Virus record (IMG/VR): IMGVR_UViG_3300010885_017276
Span: 32,001 to 96,000 of that record
Direction: 5' to 3' (one strand)
DNA length: 64,000 nucleotides
DNA from: a virus
Numbering within the stretch: position 1 is the stretch's first letter; each line of letters starts with the position of its first letter. The notes beneath the pieces were generated by a model that did not search any database, was not told the origin of the DNA, and saw nothing but the letters and a program-made list of their open reading frames with translations. Both the position numbers and the translations under genes were made by a program. Positions 27,250 to 36,738 of this stretch are shown one piece after another.

Positions 27250-28227
27250 ATGAGTATTTTTACTGAAAGAAAGAACTACAAGCCATTCGAGTATAATGGT
27301 ATTACCGACCCACTTATCAACGCTATGTGGGCAAGTCATTGGACTCACAACGAATTTAATTTCTTGAATGATGTCCAAGATTACAAAACAAAATTGTCCC
27401 CTGAAGAACAAGAGGTAGTCAAAAGAGCTATCTTGTTGACATCACAAGTAGAGGTAGCTGTTAAGTCCTATTGGTCTAACATAGGAAAGCTTCTACCTAA
27501 GCCGGAGATAGCGGACATGGGGGCTGTGTTTGGGGGAGTTGAGGTGATTCACTCAAAAGCTTACGCAGAGATTTTATCTAAGTTAGGATTAGAGGATCAG
27601 TTCAATGATATTTTTAACGAACCGGTTGTCGTAGGTAGGGTAAACTATTTGTCAAAGTATATCAACAAGATTTACAAGAATGACCACAAAAACATTTGTT
27701 ACTCCTTGGTTCTTTTCACATTGTTCACAGAGTACACAGCTTTGTTCTCACAGTTTTATACTATCCTAGGCTTTAATAGATTCAGAGGTGTTTTGAAAGA
27801 TGTGGCCAATGTTGTACAATACACATCAAAAGAAGAAAACTTACATGCTGAAGGAGGCATCGCATTGCTGAACCAAATCAGAGCAGAGCATCCGGAGTTG
27901 TTTGACCAAGAGTTTGTACAAAAGATACAAGATGAAGTTCAAGAGGCTTTCAAAGCAGAATCAGATTTGATTGATTGGATTTTATCAGGGTACGAGAATG
28001 AGTTTTTATCTCCCACAATATTGAAAGGGTACATTAAGATTAGATTAAACGACTCTCTAGTAAAAATTGGTATGGAACCGGCCTTTGATATAGATCCGGA
28101 AATAAAAGAGAAGACTTTGTGGATGGAAGAGGAAGTTTACGCAAGTGCATTGACAGATTTTTTTCACAAGAAGCCTATCGATTACTCGAAGAAAATGAAA
28201 GCATATAACGAAGAAGAATTATTTTAA
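27250..28227 (+). CDS. nrdB: ribonucleotide reductase class Ia beta subunit
   Basis: EVIHSKAY (Fe ligands and radical Tyr), EENLH, DFF C-terminus; ATG at 27250. Confidence 0.93.
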   Translation: MSIFTERKNYKPFEYNGITDPLINAMWASHWTHNEFNFLNDVQDYKTKLSPEEQEVVKRAILLTSQVEVAVKSYWSNIGKLLPKPEIADMGAVFGGVEVIHSKAYAEILSKLGLEDQFNDIFNEPVVVGRVNYLSKYINKIYKNDHKNICYSLVLFTLFTEYTALFSQFYTILGFNRFRGVLKDVANVVQYTSKEENLHAEGGIALLNQIRAEHPELFDQEFVQKIQDEVQEAFKAESDLIDWILSGYENEFLSPTILKGYIKIRLNDSLVKIGMEPAFDIDPEIKEKTLWMEEEVYASALTDFFHKKPIDYSKKMKAYNEEELF

Positions 28228-28228
28228 T

Positions 28229-29875
28229 ATGAAGAATTATTATTGGTTAAACCAAGACTCAAGAACTTTTTTGAGTAAAGATTATTTATTACCGGGAGTT
28301 ACCCCCGAAGAAAGAATACGAGAAATCGCAGACACAGCCGAAGAAATCCTAGGCATTGATGGGTTTGCAAATAAGTTCGAGGACTATATGTCTAGAGGGT
28401 TCTATTCATTAGCCACTCCAGTTTGGATGAACTTTGGGTTAGACCGTGGGTTACCTATCTCTTGCTATGGTATTGACATCCAAGATGATACTATGGACAT
28501 CTTGAGGTCAGCTGCTGAGATCGGGGCTTTGACCAAGATGGGTGGAGGGACTGCAGGATTCTTTGGTAAGCTAAGAGGTAGAGGTGCTAAGATTAAAAAT
28601 AACGGAGTTTCAAATGGAGCAGTTAGTTTTATGTCTTTGTTCCAATCTACCACAAACATAATCACACAAGGCCAAGCAAGACGAGGTTACTTTGCTGCTT
28701 ATCTACCGGTTGACCATCCGGATATCGAGGAGTTCTTACAATGCCGTGAAGAGGGCAACGCAATCCAAGATATTGCTATTGGTGTTTGTATCTCAGATGA
28801 GTGGATGGAGGCAGTAGAAGCCGGAGACAGCGATAAAAGAAAGGTATTAGCTAAGATACACCAAAAGAGAGCAGAGACAGGTTTCCCTTATATCTTCTTT
28901 ACCGGTAATGTTAACAAAAACAAACCGGAAGTCTATAAGAATAAACACATGGATATCAATCACTCTCAGATGTGTACTGAAATCTTAGAATACACAGATG
29001 ACAAAAAGAGTTTTGTTTGTTGTTTGTCCTCTTTGAACTTGTTACATTGGGATGAGATAAAAGATACAGATGCTATCGAAACTTTGGCTTACTTCTTAGA
29101 TGCAGTATACTCAGAGTTCATAAAGAAAGCAGACAATGTCCCCTTTATGGAAAAGGCCGTGCTTTTTGCAAAAGAACACAGAAGTATCGGTATTGGGGTT
29201 CTAGGTTGGCATAGCTTCTTACAATCTAAGATGATACCATTTGAGGGGCTAGAGTCTAAGATGCTGAACGCAGAGATATTTAGAACCATCAACGATAAGA
29301 GTTTGATTGCTAGTATGAGGTTGGCTACTATATATGGAGAGCCTAAGATGTTAGAAGGTTACGGTCAGAGGTTTACCACTAGACTAGCAATTGCCCCTAC
29401 TACTAGTTCATCATTTATCCTAGGACAAGTTAGTCCAAGTATCGAGCCACTACATTCAAACTACTTTATCAAAGATTTAGCTAAAGGTAAGTTTGTTTAT
29501 ATTAACCCTTACTTGAAACAGCTACTAGAAGATAAAGAACAAGACACTCCGGAAGTATGGAGAAACATTTTGTCTAAGGGAGGTTCAGTACAGCACTTGG
29601 ATTTCTTGGATGAAAGAGAAAAAGGAGTATTCAAAACCTTTGGTGAGATTAGCCAATTAGAAATTGTGCAACAAGCCGCACAAAGACAGAAGTTTATCGA
29701 CCAAGGTCAATCATTAAACCTGATGATACACCCTGATACCACACTAAAAGATGTCAATGCTTTATTCTTTGAGGCTTGGAATCTAGGTATTAAGACATTG
29801 TATTACCAAAGAAGTGTTAATATGGCTCAACAAGTAAGTCGAGATCTTATGAATTGTAGCTCATGTGAGGCTTAG
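28229..29875 (+). CDS. nrdA: ribonucleotide reductase class Ia alpha subunit (short, no ATP cone)
   Basis: PISC, SQMCTE, VCCLSS, APTTSSS, DQGQS, LYY and C-terminal CSSCE. Confidence 0.95.
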   Translation: MKNYYWLNQDSRTFLSKDYLLPGVTPEERIREIADTAEEILGIDGFANKFEDYMSRGFYSLATPVWMNFGLDRGLPISCYGIDIQDDTMDILRSAAEIGALTKMGGGTAGFFGKLRGRGAKIKNNGVSNGAVSFMSLFQSTTNIITQGQARRGYFAAYLPVDHPDIEEFLQCREEGNAIQDIAIGVCISDEWMEAVEAGDSDKRKVLAKIHQKRAETGFPYIFFTGNVNKNKPEVYKNKHMDINHSQMCTEILEYTDDKKSFVCCLSSLNLLHWDEIKDTDAIETLAYFLDAVYSEFIKKADNVPFMEKAVLFAKEHRSIGIGVLGWHSFLQSKMIPFEGLESKMLNAEIFRTINDKSLIASMRLATIYGEPKMLEGYGQRFTTRLAIAPTTSSSFILGQVSPSIEPLHSNYFIKDLAKGKFVYINPYLKQLLEDKEQDTPEVWRNILSKGGSVQHLDFLDEREKGVFKTFGEISQLEIVQQAAQRQKFIDQGQSLNLMIHPDTTLKDVNALFFEAWNLGIKTLYYQRSVNMAQQVSRDLMNCSSCEA

Positions 29876-29898
29876 TTTTATATTTAATTTTTTGTTTG

Positions 29899-29925
29899 AA
29901 CCCTCTAGAAATAGGGGGTTTTTTT
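29899..29925 (+). terminator. intrinsic terminator
   Basis: AACCCTCTA-GAAA-TAGGGGGTT plus T-tract; next promoter at 29951-29982. Confidence 0.8.
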
Positions 29926-30008
29926 ATGATAAAAAATATTTAACAAAAAGCTTGTGTATGTTAAAGAATATTTATATCTTTGCAGAGTAAAATTAAAACA
30001 TTAGAATT

Positions 30009-30332
30009 ATGCACACAATAACAGTATGCCCAAGATGCGACAAGGACTTTATGTATCACCAAACAGATGTGCATTTGCATAGAGCAGTTGCGTGGGATGC
30101 AGACACCAATGAGCCGTGTTCCTTTGAAACACTTTGCCAAGATTGTGACCTAGAAGAAAAGTGGGTCGGCAAAGAAGTTAAAGTCAAGGGGGATGGCTAT
30201 GATACGCATTTGAATAAGTATAAGCTAGTTGTCACAGACATTGTTAGTGAAGAGTTCCCTATAACAGTTAAAATTGGGGATACTGATAGCTTTGAATGGT
30301 TTAACGAAAACGAATTAATTTTAGTTGAATAG
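30009..30332 (+). CDS. hypothetical Zn-ribbon protein
   Basis: CPRC...CQDC. Confidence 0.65.
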   Translation: MHTITVCPRCDKDFMYHQTDVHLHRAVAWDADTNEPCSFETLCQDCDLEEKWVGKEVKVKGDGYDTHLNKYKLVVTDIVSEEFPITVKIGDTDSFEWFNENELILVE

Positions 30333-30334
30333 AT

Positions 30335-30874
30335 ATGTACAGATTTAATCAAGAGAGATTAGCCTACGAAAAGGTTAATGTTTGGAAATACATCGGGATG
30401 ATGGCATTTTCATTAATTATTGTGGTTACACTAAGCTCCTTTGTTTGGAAGGAAATTGTAGTGGTTAGAGCTGAGAAAGAGATTGTCCTTAAGACAAACG
30501 AAGATTTCTCCAAAGACAAACTTATTGTAGAGATACAGAAGTATTCTTTTAAGTACCCCGATATTATTATGGCTCAAGCTATCGTTGAGAGCAGCCATTT
30601 TAAATCTCCCGTCTTTGTACAAAACCACAATATGTTTGGTATGAGGCAAGCTATGATTAGAATAAGCACAGCACAGGGCTCAAATCTAAATCATGCCTAC
30701 TATGATAGCTGGAAGGATTGCGTGGCTGACAGAGCTTTATATGAAGCACAGTACCTATCTAAACTATCAAGAGACCAATACTTTGCTTACTTAGACCAAG
30801 TTTACGCTGAAGGCTCAGGATACAGCCAACTATTAAAAAATGTAATTAAAAAGAATAACCTATGCCGGATATAA
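30335..30874 (+). CDS. membrane-anchored GH73 glucosaminidase-like peptidoglycan hydrolase
   Basis: N-terminal TM helix; AQAIVES, NHNMFGMR and YAE...Y motifs. Confidence 0.75.
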   Translation: MYRFNQERLAYEKVNVWKYIGMMAFSLIIVVTLSSFVWKEIVVVRAEKEIVLKTNEDFSKDKLIVEIQKYSFKYPDIIMAQAIVESSHFKSPVFVQNHNMFGMRQAMIRISTAQGSNLNHAYYDSWKDCVADRALYEAQYLSKLSRDQYFAYLDQVYAEGSGYSQLLKNVIKKNNLCRI

Positions 30875-31044
30875 GTATGTGCAGTGGAAGAGGCTGCGAA
30901 CAAAAAGAAAGGTGTTACAGACACACTGCAAAACCAAATGAGTTTAGGCAGTCTTACTTTACTAACCCCCCATTACAAAAAGACACACAAGAGTGTGACT
31001 ACTTTTGGAACAACGAAGAACAATTAACAAAAAAAGAAGAATAG
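30862..31044 (+). CDS. small Cys-rich phage protein
   Basis: DISMC...C...CYR...RQSYF...C.YFW. Confidence 0.7.
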   Translation: MPDISMCSGRGCEQKERCYRHTAKPNEFRQSYFTNPPLQKDTQECDYFWNNEEQLTKKEE

Positions 31045-31271
31045 AAATGATTTACTTATTAATTTTTATGCCCTATGTGTTAGGCTGCGTTTTAGCTTAC
31101 TTAGCAAGTGATTTTGCTAATACTTTTAACTACTCTATCAAGAACATTCCTTGGTATATGAGTTCATTGTCTTGGATTTGGCTATTTGTATGTTTGTACC
31201 ATATCTTGATGCTTAGAAAAGCAGGCTTTAGAGGATACGAAACAACCAAAAAGTTTGACGAGTAAAGTAAG

Positions 31272-31802
31272 ATGATACAACAAAAAAAGAAGGTTTGTAA
31301 AAACTGTCAGACAGAGCAGTTTATTTTTTCTAAGGGCCGATGTAGGCAGTGTACTATAATTGAAAATGCAAAGGGTACAATGGCGGTAGTTAGAAAAGCT
31401 ATAACTAAGCAGACTGACAAAAATAAGCTACACCGCAAATCGCAATCTGCGATACGAAACAGCTATTTTGAGTTCCATATAGATCTTTGCAAAGTGTCAG
31501 AGGAAAGTGGTGTAAGTATCACAGCCCCAACTAGGGCTAATATTTGCCACTTGTTTGACAAGTCTAGGCATCCCAGCTTACAGGGATGTCTTGACAACTA
31601 TGTTTATCTTACCTTAGATGAACATACTAGGTTTGATAAACTTTTGTATGACCACGAGTTCAAGAAGTTAGAGGTTGAGTACCCAAACATTTGGCCGGAG
31701 GTCGTAAACAGAATGGAGAACCTATTGGAGCTTTGTGAAGAACACACAAAGTTTAAAATTAAATTTGAAGAATACCTTGCACAATTAAAAAACAAGTTGT
31801 AA
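31272..31802 (+). CDS. Zn-ribbon/HNH-like nuclease (tentative)
   Basis: CKNC...CRQC; ICH...N...L...H..FD. Confidence 0.5.
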   Translation: MIQQKKKVCKNCQTEQFIFSKGRCRQCTIIENAKGTMAVVRKAITKQTDKNKLHRKSQSAIRNSYFEFHIDLCKVSEESGVSITAPTRANICHLFDKSRHPSLQGCLDNYVYLTLDEHTRFDKLLYDHEFKKLEVEYPNIWPEVVNRMENLLELCEEHTKFKIKFEEYLAQLKNKL

Positions 31803-31823
31803 CTTTGCCAAAAATTATAAGAC

Positions 31824-32057
31824 ATGATATGCACACTTAAAAAGTTAGAAGACAGATTCGTTGTAGTCTGTGCTAAACAAGGAGAGGACTGTGACTCGGT
31901 TATAGTAGAGCAGTTTGAATTACCTGAAGATTATCCTGATACAGATCTAGTAGAAGGCAAGAAGATAGATTTTGAACCTAACAATCTGTCTTATAGAGTA
32001 GTTAACCAACATATTTTACACGTTATTAAAAAATATAATAAAAATGATAAGCTTTAA
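31824..32057 (+). CDS. hypothetical protein
   Basis: downstream of promoter 31776-31807. Confidence 0.6.
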   Translation: MICTLKKLEDRFVVVCAKQGEDCDSVIVEQFELPEDYPDTDLVEGKKIDFEPNNLSYRVVNQHILHVIKKYNKNDKL

Positions 32058-32586
32058 GTATTCCGTATTGTGGAGAAATTGCTCCTTGGTAAAAAGATTT
32101 TTTAAGAACTCTTGGAAGTTTAGAAAAGAGCTGTCTAACTTCTATGATTTTAACTACGACCTAGGGTTGTTTAGAAAAACCATAGAGTTAAACAGAAACT
32201 ACATCAGAGACTATGGTATTGAAGTAGACGAAAGCAGACTAAAAAAAGTAGCAAAGATGGACAGAGCTTTGTATATTCTAGACTATTTTATAAGTGATGA
32301 CTTTTTAGAATTAGCTGAAAAAGAATTAGATAAAAAGTATATAATTTCTGAATTTTGGTTTGAGCCTTGTGGTGATGATTCGGGCAGTTCTTATTTAAGA
32401 GACAATCTTACAGAAGAAGAGTCAATACAAAACCGAGAAATCCGAGCTAAAGAATCTGAGATAAAAGATAAAATGTGGAGAGAGTTATGGAAGATAATTC
32501 AAGGGCAAGACTACAAAAAGTTTAAACGAGACAAAGATTTCTATAAGCAGTTCAATGGTTCGGGTATATTAACTTGGTGGGATTAG
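32044..32586 (+). CDS. hypothetical protein
   Basis: ORF in operon. Confidence 0.7.
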   Translation: MISFKYSVLWRNCSLVKRFFKNSWKFRKELSNFYDFNYDLGLFRKTIELNRNYIRDYGIEVDESRLKKVAKMDRALYILDYFISDDFLELAEKELDKKYIISEFWFEPCGDDSGSSYLRDNLTEEESIQNREIRAKESEIKDKMWRELWKIIQGQDYKKFKRDKDFYKQFNGSGILTWWD

Positions 32587-32791
32587 TTATGTGGCAGGTA
32601 TATGTTTTAATGGGAATAGTAGTTATATTAGTTGCTTTCCTATGGGTACAAGGTATTGATTACGTACACAGAAATCATCCTGACTATAAAGGAGGTAAAC
32701 AAGATGGCTTTGATTTTGACCACGACTTAAAAGATTGGGATGTAACAATAGGAGATGGGTTAGATAAGTTAGAGCAAAAAGAAAAAAAACT

Positions 32792-33061
32792 ATGACACTA
32801 AAAGAAAAATTTCACCAATGGTTAAAAACAGATCCATTTGGCAGTAAAGATAGAGTGACACTTAGAGAAGCACAATGTGAAGTTATAGCAGAAGAATTTG
32901 CTATAGAATTTGCAGAGTGGTTAATAGATGGTCATGTTTCTAAATTAACATTAGAAGAATTTAAAAAGCAAAAAGAAAATAATATGTGTCAATACTGTGG
33001 TTTAGAAAATGATAATCACAAACTAAGTTGTCCAGTAATTAAAGTAACAATGATAATATGA
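32792..33061 (+). CDS. hypothetical protein
   Basis: ORF in AT-rich variable block. Confidence 0.6.
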   Translation: MTLKEKFHQWLKTDPFGSKDRVTLREAQCEVIAEEFAIEFAEWLIDGHVSKLTLEEFKKQKENNMCQYCGLENDNHKLSCPVIKVTMII

Positions 33062-33159
33062 TATACTTTTTTATAATATTAATGTATGAGTTCATAAGAC
33101 CAAAACTAATTTGGCTATGGTATTATTTGATTAACTATAACGACAGAAAGAAAAAATGA
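33058..33159 (+). CDS. 33-aa hydrophobic microprotein, paralog of 37757-37861
   Basis: MIYFFIILMYEFIRPKLIWLWYYLINYNDRKKK; ATGA overlaps at both ends. Confidence 0.75.
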   Translation: MIYFFIILMYEFIRPKLIWLWYYLINYNDRKKK

Positions 33160-33389
33160 AACAAACAGCAGTAGAGTGGTATGAGAAAGAAATTAATTCT
33201 TTGATTGAGAAATATGAAGCAAAAGAAATTTCACAAAGAGATTTTATAACAATGAAACATAATCTTTTTTATGAAGCCAAAGAAATGGAAAAGCAGCAGA
33301 TTATAGATGCTTATGATGATGGAAACTATGCCTATGGTATGGGTATAAAAGAACCTGAAGAATACTACAACGAAACATTTAAAGAATGA
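33156..33389 (+). CDS. MKQTAVEW-family small protein
   Basis: QTAVEW...AKEMEKQQI...YYNETF; paralog at 34018. Confidence 0.75.
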   Translation: MKQTAVEWYEKEINSLIEKYEAKEISQRDFITMKHNLFYEAKEMEKQQIIDAYDDGNYAYGMGIKEPEEYYNETFKE

Positions 33390-33916
33390 AACAACCGTGT
33401 AATGCTCATGCATACGAGCAAGAAAAAAAAGAACAGCAAAAGCAATTTTTAATTGATATGATGGAAGAAGCTGAGAAGTTAGGATTGTATGATATCTTCA
33501 ATGATGAAAAGAGACAAGGTGTAAAAGATTTGATTGATACACATAAACAAAGACTTGAAAAGTATTCTGAAAGATTTGACAATGATAAATCTGAAATAGG
33601 TAACTCAGATACTTGGGGTAAAAGAGCAGTTGAAGAACCTAAACAAACAGATGAAAATGGTAAACCTATTACCTATTGGGGTGGTTTAGCAGAACCTAAA
33701 CAAGAAACACTTGAAGAGGCATCTTGGAAGTTTAACCCATTAAAAAAATTAGATGGAGAATTTTTAAGACACGCATTCAAAGAAGGTGCTAAATGGCAAC
33801 AAGAAAGAATGTACAGTGATATGCAAGAGTATGCTACATTTTGTATTGAATGTGATAGAAAAGAAATGTTTTTAATATTAGCTAAAGATTGGTTTGAAAC
33901 ATTTAAAAACAAATAA
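33386..33916 (+). CDS. mosaic hypothetical protein (KQETLEEA type)
   Basis: EPKQETLEEA...GAKWQQERMYS...FKNK. Confidence 0.7.
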   Translation: MKQPCNAHAYEQEKKEQQKQFLIDMMEEAEKLGLYDIFNDEKRQGVKDLIDTHKQRLEKYSERFDNDKSEIGNSDTWGKRAVEEPKQTDENGKPITYWGGLAEPKQETLEEASWKFNPLKKLDGEFLRHAFKEGAKWQQERMYSDMQEYATFCIECDRKEMFLILAKDWFETFKNK

Positions 33917-33917
33917 G

Positions 33918-34016
33918 ATGATAGAAAAAATTGGGAATGGATTTGTATTAATACTTATTGGTCTGTTATTGGTTTGGGCAATAATAATGATTTTTGAACA
34001 ATTTAAAAACAAATAA
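33918..34016 (+). CDS. 32-aa membrane microprotein
   Basis: MIEKIGNGFVLILIGLLLVWAIIMIFEQFKNK, bounded by identical 20-mers. Confidence 0.65.
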   Translation: MIEKIGNGFVLILIGLLLVWAIIMIFEQFKNK

Positions 34017-34017
34017 G

Positions 34018-34230
34018 ATGAAACAAACAGCAGTAGAATGGTTATTAAAGCAATTACAAGAAAGTGGAATACCATTACTTAAAGATGAGCTTGAATTTAT
34101 TGAACAAGCCAAAGAAATGGAGAAGCAACAGATTGAAGATACTTTTGAAATAGGTTATGTTAATGGAGCAGACCATAGTTGGTCAAATGATGGAGAAAAA
34201 TACTACAACGAAACATTTAAAAACAAATAA
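34018..34230 (+). CDS. MKQTAVEW-family small protein
   Basis: paralog of 33156-33389; ATG at 34018. Confidence 0.75.
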   Translation: MKQTAVEWLLKQLQESGIPLLKDELEFIEQAKEMEKQQIEDTFEIGYVNGADHSWSNDGEKYYNETFKNK

Positions 34231-34353
34231 GATTATGGAAGAATACTTAAACATTGGCGCAGTAGTACTAATGACACTAGCTGCAGCTTTGGCAATTAGT
34301 GCGTTAGCATTAGTATACATAGTAATTAAAGACTATTTAAAAACAAATAGGGT

Positions 34354-34578
34354 ATGGAAAAATTAAAAATCACATTTGAGCAATGGGACTACACTTGTGG
34401 GGACGGCTGTTGTACAATGTGGGGGACTAAGATGTACCTTAATGGGGAAGAGTTAGAACATCCCGATTCGGAAATACTGGATAATAGTTATTTAGGAGAG
34501 GATACACAAACAGCAGTACATGCTGTGTTAAAAAAATTAGGTTACGAAGTTGAATTTGAAAATAAATATGAGATTTAA
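34354..34578 (+). CDS. hypothetical protein
   Basis: WDYTCGDGCC motif. Confidence 0.65.
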   Translation: MEKLKITFEQWDYTCGDGCCTMWGTKMYLNGEELEHPDSEILDNSYLGEDTQTAVHAVLKKLGYEVEFENKYEI

Positions 34579-34717
34579 TTAGGTTAATTAAGAATTAATT
34601 CGTAAATTTGCAGCATGAAAAAAAGAATAGCATTTTGGTTAACTGTCGTATGGTACATATTAGTATTTATCTTAGAGATAGTAGCCTTAGTTTGGATTAT
34701 AAATAAATTCTATTGAT

Positions 34718-35305
34718 ATGTATGTAAATTTTGAATTGTTAAAAAGTAGAGGTTACTCTCCGGTAGATGTGATATATCTACAACTTATTAATCAGAACAA
34801 GTCAGAGAGTCTGGGGGCTACAATTGGTGATGAGATACTACCTGAGATATTAGAGGAGTATATTGATAAAGAGTTAGTCACCTTTGTAGTCCCCAAAAAT
34901 AAGTCTGATACGTTGGCTAATAGGGTTAGGCTGTCTTCTAAGGGACTCGATCTTCTAGAAGAGGTACAAGTACCATCGATAAACGAAGATGACTTGAAGC
35001 TTTGTACTTGGTTAGAGGGGGTCTACAAATCAGAAAACAAGGATATAGGAAACCGTAAAAAAACTCGGATGTACATTGCTTTTTTTAGAGCTAACTCTGG
35101 GATAGAACGTAATTGTTTGGCTTTCTTATGTAAAACTTTTATGAATGATGAGAGCCAATTTGAATGGTCAAAGGTGCTTGAGTATTTATTCTTTAAACCT
35201 AGCAGTGTTTACAATGTGAAATTTGATTTAGACCAATCTCAATTATACAAGTACTACTTAAAAAGAAAACCTTTTTTTGATAACAAATTTAAAACATTAG
35301 AATAA
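34718..35305 (+). CDS. hypothetical protein, possible helicase loader/initiator
   Basis: translationally coupled to the helicase; function inferred from position only. Confidence 0.55.
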   Translation: MYVNFELLKSRGYSPVDVIYLQLINQNKSESLGATIGDEILPEILEEYIDKELVTFVVPKNKSDTLANRVRLSSKGLDLLEEVQVPSINEDDLKLCTWLEGVYKSENKDIGNRKKTRMYIAFFRANSGIERNCLAFLCKTFMNDESQFEWSKVLEYLFFKPSSVYNVKFDLDQSQLYKYYLKRKPFFDNKFKTLE

Positions 35306-36447
35306 TGCAAATACAAAAATTTAGAGACCTGACCGTTGATGCTTTCAAGGAAATCAAGAAGTATCAGATTGGCCAAAAGGGAATTATAAAAACGGGGTTG
35401 CCCTATTTTGACGATGTATTTCCGGTTGTTAATGGCTCTGTAATTGTATTTTCTGCTGGGTCAGGTATCGGTAAAAGTTATACCTTAGCAAGGATGATTG
35501 ATAGTATCTTAGACAAAAATGTAAACCCAACTGCTGAAAACTTTGCTGTACTTAATATCTCTTTAGAGATGAGAGTCCTAAGTTTAGTACTTCGTGGTAT
35601 GGCCAAGAACATCAAGTCTAAGACCAAGAAAGAAATCTTATTACAAGAGTTTACAGAGGAAGAGAAGCTACAAGCTAAGTCTTACTTTGATTCTTTGCAA
35701 GATGACCGAGTTAGTATTTCCCAAGTTCCCACTACCCCCAATAAGTTTTTTGAAGGCTGCAAAGAGTTCTTAGAGCAAAACAGAGACAAGGATTCTGTGA
35801 TTATAACCGTTGACCACTTAGCTTTGATTTCCGCTGATTCCGGAGAAGCTAGAAACGCAATCATAGAGAAGTTCATAGAGAGGGTCAATGACTTAAAGAT
35901 GGTGTATGAGAATGCTATCTTTATCTTACTGTCACAGACTAACTCAGAGATGATCAAGAGAGCCAAAGACAAGGACATTATGGCACAACCACAGCCATCA
36001 GATTTGTACTATAGTCAGTTTACCTTTCAAGTTGCTGATTTTGTAGCCGTAATGACGAACCCCACCAAGTTGGGTATTAAAGAGTACACCAAGGTAGATC
36101 CGGAGAGATATCCAAATCTAAAAAAGTTCTTCTTAGAGGAAGATAATAAAGGTAGAGTTTCATTAGAACCCTTTGGTGTAAATTATGTTCATTTACTGAA
36201 GTGTAGAGAAGCCGATGGCTTGTATTTAGATATCTACGCTGAGGAGTTAAACATACCTGATGTAGAAAACATAAGAAAAAACAGAAGACAAGATCTAGTT
36301 TCTACTAAGGTATCCTATGATATACCGATGTTCGACAAAAAACAAGTTGAAGTTATGCCTCCACCGCCATTAGGTAAGTTAGAGGATGCCTTTGACAGCC
36401 CTGTTGTAACAAGCGAGCCTTCCTTTGATAGTAATGCTCCATTCTAA
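35305..36447 (+). CDS. DnaB-like replicative helicase
   Basis: AGSGIGKS, SLEM, VDHL, LLSQ and ADFV SF4 motifs. Confidence 0.88.
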   Translation: MQIQKFRDLTVDAFKEIKKYQIGQKGIIKTGLPYFDDVFPVVNGSVIVFSAGSGIGKSYTLARMIDSILDKNVNPTAENFAVLNISLEMRVLSLVLRGMAKNIKSKTKKEILLQEFTEEEKLQAKSYFDSLQDDRVSISQVPTTPNKFFEGCKEFLEQNRDKDSVIITVDHLALISADSGEARNAIIEKFIERVNDLKMVYENAIFILLSQTNSEMIKRAKDKDIMAQPQPSDLYYSQFTFQVADFVAVMTNPTKLGIKEYTKVDPERYPNLKKFFLEEDNKGRVSLEPFGVNYVHLLKCREADGLYLDIYAEELNIPDVENIRKNRRQDLVSTKVSYDIPMFDKKQVEVMPPPPLGKLEDAFDSPVVTSEPSFDSNAPF

Positions 36448-36451
36448 CCTT

Positions 36452-36480
36452 AACCCTCCAATAACATGGGGGGTTTTTTT
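36452..36480 (+). terminator. intrinsic terminator
   Basis: AACCCTCCA/TGGGGGGTT plus T-tract; promoter follows at 36504-36535. Confidence 0.75.
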
Positions 36481-36738
36481 ATTTAAAAAAATTTTACTTT
36501 TTTCTTGCGAGATTCAAAAATGCTCCGTATCTTTGCACAAGAAATCTAAAAACAAAAATATTATGGAAGAAGAATTAAAAAGTGTATTCCACTACTTCAG
36601 AAAAGACTTTAGTGAATTATATCCTCCGGAAGGTGCAGACAAGAATCTGATAAGACCTGTAGATGTGTACTCTAAAACAACTGTGGAGTTAAACAAGAGA
36701 CTGGGTATTCACAAAATTAACAAACAAAACAAAAGAAG

